Origin: Lama guanicoe
Taxonomy: Eukaryota
Length of the DNA: 64,000 nucleotides
Direction: 5' to 3'
Assembly: GCA_013239625.1 (NCBI GenBank)
Contig: MU054117.1
Span: forward strand, 436,001-500,000
Below are positions 63,061 to 64,000 of this stretch, piece after piece. The first letter of the stretch is position 1. Each line of letters opens with the position of its first letter. The position numbers were made by a program, and so were the translations under genes. The notes under the pieces were generated by a model, which worked only from the letters and a program-made list of their open reading frames with translations, did no database searches and was not told the DNA's origin.

Positions 63061-64000
63061 GGTGGAGCCAGCTTCCAGCTCAGGCCCCTGGAGAGTGGGA
63101 GGCATTTTCTGTGTGTGGCCTTTTCTTGAAATCATCTTTCTCCATAACCAGATTGTGAGCCCTGGAAGGAACAGGGAGGTCTTCCCAGCTCCCACAGTGC
63201 TTTCCCTGCAGGGGGACCTTGGGGACGATTTCTGGCAGTGGCAGATGGAGCTCTGCAACGCCCTCATCAGTGGTTGGTTTGATCACACGGTGGGACCCGC
63301 AGCCACGGGACCCACAGCCATGGGACTCTCGCTCCCACTTCCACAGCCAGGGAAGCAGCTGCACAGACTTGGGGGCTGCTCAGCCGCAGGGCAAGGGCAG
63401 GTGCAGAGCGGACTCCTACACCCGAGTCATTTCCCTGTTCATTAAAGAGAGCCACCTCGGTTCTGCAAACAAGGGGAGACCAAGGCCCGGAGCGGGAGAT
63501 TTTCCCCAGGACGGTGCTTGGGGTCATCAGAGCTGCTGTCCTGGAAGGAAGGCTTGGGGACATCCTTCCTCCTGACTCTGCCGTGAGCACGGCCTTGGTT
63601 CGGACTCCCCGGGGCAGCCAAGACTCCCAGCCCATAGTGGCCACTCTCAACCAGGGGCACGGTGCCCTCCTCACCTCGGGGACACGGGCCAGCTCTAGAG
63701 ATATCCTGATTGTCATCCTGGGGCCCACACCAAGGAATCACCTGGCCTCAAGCGTCAGAAGTGCTGAGGCTGAGAACCTGCCCAACTCAGATGGGGAGGG
63801 AAGACCCGAACTATCCCCCCACGCCCCTGGGCCTCGTCGAGAGGGGCGTTCGGGCCTCAGGCCCGGCCTCGGCACCTTTACTCCGCCGCCTGCACCGTCC
63901 ACTTCCCATCTGATGTTTCCCTCTGGCCTCCCACAGAATTCAAAACCCGAAATGATTTTATTGAGCACCAGAGGGGCCACAGTGGAATGCTGATGTTTCA

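Noticed and set aside
1..64000. CRISPR arrays, operons, IS elements or intact retroviral genes
   Set aside because: No regularly spaced repeat-spacer array and no gag/pol/env or transposase ORF. The sequence is mammalian intron plus intergenic DNA.

Overview
Mammalian genomic DNA, most likely a camelid (alpaca/vicuna/camel), judged from six copies of a tRNA-Ala-derived SINE of the Vic-1 type. The only protein-coding sequence I recognise is the first coding exon of CECR2 (chromatin-remodelling regulator, cat-eye-syndrome region) on the minus strand at 26340-26465. It lies in a CpG-island promoter that contains a 46-N assembly gap. Bases 1-26339 are CECR2 intron 1: AT-rich, dense in old L1, L2, MIR and MER repeats, with a second CpG island at about 19.55-20.4 kb. 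Bases from about 27 kb to 64 kb are upstream flank that becomes very GC- and CpG-rich and contains AT-rich, repeat-free, homeobox-motif-rich blocks. Nearly all ORFs in the supplied track are chance products of GC-rich or repeat DNA. The best leads, all unproven, are: (i) a phase-consistent chain of 5-7 plus-strand exon-like segments at 48.6-53.9 kb that would encode a small protein I do not recognise; (ii) an ATG-initiated candidate alternative first exon of CECR2, with a GC donor, in the intronic CpG island; (iii) a SINE with an unusually long flanking duplication of about 46 bp; (iv) directional AT-to-GC rewriting of old repeats. Repeat family names come from recalled consensus sequences and their boundaries are approximate. 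I see no prokaryote-type system (CRISPR, operon, IS) here.
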